Positions 59,608-64,000 of a DNA stretch of 64,000 bases are shown here, piece after piece. The first letter of the stretch is position 1; every line of letters starts with the position of its first letter. The stretch comes from Candidatus Bathyarchaeota archaeon (GTDB lineage Archaea > Thermoproteota > Bathyarchaeia > Bathyarchaeales > Bathycorpusculaceae). A program made the translations under genes and the position numbers. The notes below the pieces were generated by a model, which did not search any database, had not been told where the DNA came from, and was given only the letters and a program-made list of their open reading frames with translations. Where the stretch lies: positions 98,779 to 162,778 of the forward strand of contig CAWABA010000011.1 of assembly GCA_963780185.1 (NCBI GenBank), in the 5' to 3' direction.

Positions 59608-59958
59608 ATGGAATTTTGCCCTAAATGTGGTTCTCGTCTTGAGCCTAAGAAAACCAAGGCTGGTAAAGAGGCTTCCTTAGTTCTCGCGTGCCCGAAATGC
59701 GGATACAAGAAGCCGGAAGATGGCGAAAAAGTTGAAGTGGTGCCGAAAGTTATTCAGCATAACCCTCAACAGTTTGTAGCCGTCATCGGAAAAGAAGAAC
59801 AGAAACTGAGCACCTTGCCAACTGTGCGGATTGAATGTCCAAGGTGTGGAAACAACACCGCGTACGTTTGGCAAGTGCAGACAAGAGGCGCAGATGAATC
59901 TTCAACCCAGTTTCTACGCTGCACCAAATGCAACTACACCTTCAGAGAATACAGCTAA
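59608..59958 (+). CDS. tfs: Transcription factor S (TFS)
   Basis: FCPKCG...CPKCG, CPRCGN...QTRGADE....F.RC.KC. Confidence 0.93.
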   Translation: MEFCPKCGSRLEPKKTKAGKEASLVLACPKCGYKKPEDGEKVEVVPKVIQHNPQQFVAVIGKEEQKLSTLPTVRIECPRCGNNTAYVWQVQTRGADESSTQFLRCTKCNYTFREYS

Positions 59959-60249
59959 ACATCTTTTTTCAGCGCAGCTCCCCGAGGCTTACGGAGTTGC
60001 TTGAGCTTGTATATGCAAAGTGTATATGCTTTCTGTAGATGCTTTCCCCTCCTATAGGCGCCGTTTAACGCAGATAAAATCGCCCAACCATGCCGCCGTA
60101 AGCAAATTGCCAGGCATCAGATGATTTCTCGATTTTTATGTTGCCAAGCGCATGTTTTTGGGTTGGGTTATGGCAATTTTTATTAGCTAAAAGCGTAATC
60201 ACAAGCTATATAACTTTACAGGATTATGCAATAGGCGAGGAAGAGAAAG

Positions 60250-61005
60250 ATGTTCAAGCTTAAAGTGTCCGATGCTAAACTCCTAAGAGACATGGCTACA
60301 GCCATCTCCATCCTAGTTGACGAAGCCACCTTCAAAATCGAACCTGAAGGCATGAAACTTCGAGCAATGGATCCCTCTAGAGTGGCTATGATTGATTTTG
60401 AATGGCCAAAATCCATCTTCCAAGAATACACCTCCACAGAACCCGCAAAAATATGCCTAAACATCAGCGAACTGCTTAAACTCCTCAAACGTGCGGGAAA
60501 AGATGAGGCAGTAGAATTATCGCTTGACGACAAAACAGGTCGGTTGCTAGTAGCGATAACTGGCAAATACAACAGAAACTTCACGATGCCGACTTTGGAA
60601 GCCTCAGAAGAAGAGGTACCTACTCCGAAAATAACCTTCAACGTCAAAGCCAAAACTACCACCCAAGGCTTAAGCCAAGCAATCGAAGACGCGCAGCTGG
60701 TAAGCGACCACGTCCGCATCGAAGCAGAACCCGAAAAATTGACTTTGAGTGCATCAGGCGACTTGATGGGTGCAACCATAGTTTTACAGAAAGGCACCGA
60801 CGCGCTGCTTGATTTGGAAGTCAAAGAAACCGCGAAAGCAACTTTCAGCCTAAGTTACCTCTCAGAAATCATAAAAGCCGCTTCAGCAACATCCGAGATT
60901 GCGACGCTTGAATTCTCAACCGACATGCCCGTGAAAATAGATTTCCAGCAAACAAAAGAAGGAAAACTGACTTTCTTCTTGGCGCCAAGAATAGAAACAG
61001 AATAA
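60250..61005 (+). CDS. pcn: Sliding clamp PCNA
   Basis: AMDPSRVAM, FSLSYL, TFFLAPRIE. Confidence 0.96.
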   Translation: MFKLKVSDAKLLRDMATAISILVDEATFKIEPEGMKLRAMDPSRVAMIDFEWPKSIFQEYTSTEPAKICLNISELLKLLKRAGKDEAVELSLDDKTGRLLVAITGKYNRNFTMPTLEASEEEVPTPKITFNVKAKTTTQGLSQAIEDAQLVSDHVRIEAEPEKLTLSASGDLMGATIVLQKGTDALLDLEVKETAKATFSLSYLSEIIKAASATSEIATLEFSTDMPVKIDFQQTKEGKLTFFLAPRIETE

Positions 61006-61006
61006 C

Positions 61007-62053
61007 GTGACCGCATTGCAAATTGAATCGGCGGGATACACCAAGAACGATTTGGCAAAATATCCCTTTTTAAAAGAAACCGCCGAGTACATTAAACCCT
61101 TAAACCTGCAAATAGACGACCTAGCAAGCATGGGCACAGAGCTTGTGAAACGTGCCGAAGAAAGAGTTAACGAAGCTTTAACTGACCGACGCATAACCCG
61201 AAACGCCAAAAGAGTAGACATCGAAATCCCCTCGTTCCCGCTTGCGTTGCTGATTGTTATAGCAACTGAAAATTCGTTTATTAAAAAAAGGTACGCGTTG
61301 GCAGAGGCTAAGCAGGCATCTATCGATTTGGTTTTGGAGCAAAAAGAGAAAATCCTCAAAGTAGCCCGCGACTTTGATTGGCAAATAAGCCTCGCTAAGG
61401 AAAGTGCTGATTCACCCCTGGATTTTTCCATCAGCTTCGCCGATTACTTGAGAAACTCGGCACATCTGCATGACAAAAAATGGAAGTTAACTAACAGCAT
61501 ACTGTCTCGCGGCAGTGTTTATCTAAACAAAAAAGACGTTGTCAGGCTGCTGGAAGAGGAAATCCGCAGACGTGTAGAGAAAAGATTAGATGTTAAACTG
61601 CAAAAGTGCCCGCTTGAATTGGGGCTCATTGCTGAACGAGTGAAGAAGCTTGCTTCTGAAGTCATCGGCGCGATGGAGACAGAAGAGCTTCCGAAAACGG
61701 TTGTTCAATCCGCTTATCCACCATGCGTGGTAGCTCTGCTGGAAACTGCCAAGTCGAATCATCACCTGTCTCACATTGAACGCTTCACTTTGACCTCTTT
61801 TTTGGTTAACATCGGGATGTCCTCTGAAAATGTGAATGAACTGTTCAAAACCTTCTCGGATTACAATGAACGGTTAACCCGATACCAAATCGAACATATC
61901 GCGGGCGAACGAGGTTCTGCAACACGCTACACTCCTCCTCAATGTTCCCTTCTTCAGACACACGGGGTATGCAGGAACAAGGATGATTTGTGCCGCCGTA
62001 TCTATCATCCGCTCAAGTATTATAAACTCAAGCAAAGGCTTGCTTCGGTGTAG
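61007..62053 (+). CDS. priL: DNA primase large subunit
   Basis: LAKYPFL, KRYALAE, Fe-S region YPPCV, HIERF, RYQIEHI, PPQC..L...GVC. Confidence 0.93.
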   Translation: MTALQIESAGYTKNDLAKYPFLKETAEYIKPLNLQIDDLASMGTELVKRAEERVNEALTDRRITRNAKRVDIEIPSFPLALLIVIATENSFIKKRYALAEAKQASIDLVLEQKEKILKVARDFDWQISLAKESADSPLDFSISFADYLRNSAHLHDKKWKLTNSILSRGSVYLNKKDVVRLLEEEIRRRVEKRLDVKLQKCPLELGLIAERVKKLASEVIGAMETEELPKTVVQSAYPPCVVALLETAKSNHHLSHIERFTLTSFLVNIGMSSENVNELFKTFSDYNERLTRYQIEHIAGERGSATRYTPPQCSLLQTHGVCRNKDDLCRRIYHPLKYYKLKQRLASV

Positions 62054-62100
62054 TTAACTAAGATTTATATGGGCACCTTCACTAGATGACATGAAGCAAT

Positions 62101-62844
62101 ATGAGTTATCAATTAATTGGAAAACCCACGTCTGGTGCAGAAATCGGAGTACTTCTACCTACCTATAGGGAAGCCGAAAATATTTCCAAATTAATTGATG
62201 ACATCGAGAGCTTAAACCTGAACAGCACCATTCTTGTAATTGACGATTCAAGCCCTGACCAAACAGCAGAAATCGTGCAGGAGAAACAAAACAAATACAG
62301 CAACATCCTGCTTTGTGTTCGACCTAAAAAAAGCGGGTTAGGAACGGCAATAACTGACGGCTTCAAATTCTTTCTAAATTCAACGTCGCCTCCCAAATAC
62401 ATTTTTACAATGGACGCCGACTATTCACACAACCCTAAAGATATCCCTCAACTTCTGTCAACGATGACGGAAACTGACTGCGGAATAGTCGTCGGCAGCA
62501 GATACATCAAGGGAGGGCACATCGCGAATTGGCCTCTCACCAGAAAAATAATCAGCCGCGCAGCTAATTCCATCGCAAAGTTTTCACTCGGGTTAAAACC
62601 CCACGACTGCACCAGCGGCTTCCGTTGCTACTCCACAAAGTTTCTGAGAGCAACCATCGGCAACTTGCATAGCCACACTTACGAGATCCAAATAGAAACC
62701 ATAAGGCAAGCGCATTTGAGGAATTTTGACGTGAAGGAAACCCCAGTTTTGTTCGTTAACCGAAAAAGCGGAAAATCCAAGCTAAGCTGGACTGAAATCC
62801 ACAGCTATATCACTTACACTTTAAAGGCAATTTTACGTTCCTAA
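62101..62844 (+). CDS. Polyprenol-phosphate mannosyltransferase-like GT2
   Basis: LPTYREAENI, IDDSSPDQT, MDADYSHNP, VVGSRY, DCTSGFR. Confidence 0.9.
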   Translation: MSYQLIGKPTSGAEIGVLLPTYREAENISKLIDDIESLNLNSTILVIDDSSPDQTAEIVQEKQNKYSNILLCVRPKKSGLGTAITDGFKFFLNSTSPPKYIFTMDADYSHNPKDIPQLLSTMTETDCGIVVGSRYIKGGHIANWPLTRKIISRAANSIAKFSLGLKPHDCTSGFRCYSTKFLRATIGNLHSHTYEIQIETIRQAHLRNFDVKETPVLFVNRKSGKSKLSWTEIHSYITYTLKAILRS

Positions 62845-62920
62845 GTTTCGTTGTTGTCTTTTTTTGCGTCAAGGTATATTACTGCATGTTGGTAGCTCTA
62901 AGTTATTGGCGACATGCTTA

Positions 62921-64000
62921 ATGAGGCGCTCAGGTACCACGATTCTTCTTTTTGCAGCAATGCTATTCATAGTTTTGAGCATAAGCCTCGCAACCGTCAG
63001 CCTTTACGCAATTCCCGATCAACACACCATCCAAACCCGCGTCCTAATCAACGACACATTCCAACTTTCCCCCAACGAAACCTACAGGCAAGGCTTAGGC
63101 TCATTTTACGGCGACGAAAACATCACAGTGGAAGTACAGTCTTCTCCCTCATTTCAAAAGAATTTTTCCCTTATGCTTCCCATATCAAACGACGTTCTGT
63201 TAATTAAAACTGGAGTGTCCTACAATTCAACCCAGCCAAACTTCACATACTCATTTCTCGCAAGCCCAGACTACTACGACGCCGTTTTCACTTCCGCTTC
63301 ATCAACTGGAACAATCCACTTTCAGGCATTCGAACAAAAACCTGCCACCGCCTACCCCTATTCATGGCTAAATGAGCCCTCAAAAATAATGTTTCTAGTA
63401 AGCTTGGTTGCAGCTCTTTTGTTGACGTTGAAAATGTTTTTGTCCAAACTCTCGCAGGGTGAGTCGAAAACAATTGTTATTCCGTCTTTAGATAAGAAAG
63501 CCCGACGATACCTTTTAGCGTTGATTTTGTTCGGGTTGGTAGTTTGGCTTTTTGTTCTTGCAGTCAATTCAGGTCATCTTGCGACGCTTGAAAACTGGTA
63601 CACTGACAACGCAAGAGACTCCTATGTTGCCAGTTTATTTCCTAAAGACGGCTTCTCAATTTTCAGCCAACCATTAAGCAAGCTTGCAAGCGCCGACATA
63701 TCAAACTACAAATACGTAACGTGGCCGCAGATGCCTCACCTGTACCCGCTGGGAAGCGTCTTGATGTTCTTGCCCTTCGGCGTCCTTATCCAAAACGGCT
63801 TCAACTCAACCATTCTATTCAAAATTGAAATTGCCATATTCTTGATAATTGCTTCAGCGTGCGCGTATTTTTTCCTAAAGGTCTATTTGAAGAAAGACAT
63901 GGCTTTAATTCTCAAGCTTCTCGGCGTTTACATCGTATACGTTACGCTCGTAGCTTATGCGGCTGACGGCATGTTTGAGTCAGTGGCTTTCATTTTTACC
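62921..64000 (+). CDS. Multi-pass membrane protein, possible GT-C glycosyltransferase (3'-truncated by window edge; absent from ORF track)
   Basis: Frame open from ATG 62921 to the end: MRRSGTTILLFAAMLFIVL..., lumenal domain with NxT/S sequons, TMs, then ENWYTDNARD and HLYPLG. Confidence 0.7.
   Translation, partial: MRRSGTTILLFAAMLFIVLSISLATVSLYAIPDQHTIQTRVLINDTFQLSPNETYRQGLGSFYGDENITVEVQSSPSFQKNFSLMLPISNDVLLIKTGVSYNSTQPNFTYSFLASPDYYDAVFTSASSTGTIHFQAFEQKPATAYPYSWLNEPSKIMFLVSLVAALLLTLKMFLSKLSQGESKTIVIPSLDKKARRYLLALILFGLVVWLFVLAVNSGHLATLENWYTDNARDSYVASLFPKDGFSIFSQPLSKLASADISNYKYVTWPQMPHLYPLGSVLMFLPFGVLIQNGFNSTILFKIEIAIFLIIASACAYFFLKVYLKKDMALILKLLGVYIVYVTLVAYAADGMFESVAFIFT

Overview
Core-chromosome window of an archaeon, most plausibly Bathyarchaeia. 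This is inferred from PolD DP1/DP2 together with Elf1, Sec61beta, eIF-5A, RpoF/RpoL, Csl4, PCNA and PriL. About 70 CDSs, mostly conserved information-processing and housekeeping genes. No rRNA, tRNA, CRISPR array or mobile element could be supported. The window contains a recognisable replication origin between cdc6 and a divergent gene: three ORB elements and an AT-rich unwinding element. The most interesting signal lies next to the origin. Three uncharacterised HTH-type genes follow it, one encoding a membrane-anchored coiled-coil winged-helix protein. They are interleaved with dense non-coding arrays of a GTGAY/RTCAC motif, and a related TGTGAA motif is repeated inside the origin. I propose this as a candidate origin-tethering/segregation or initiation-control system (inference). 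Other accessory features: a type IV pilus locus coupled to putative signalling output-domain genes, a FecR-like surface protein with a cytoplasmic zinc ribbon, a split APH-like/P-loop kinase pair around a PHP gene, a nitrilase-nadE pair with a probable CTG start, and a shortened GH3-type enzyme. About 14 single-base frameshifts, some in essential genes (srp54, pus10), indicate consensus indel errors. Broken ORFs should therefore not be read as pseudogenes.
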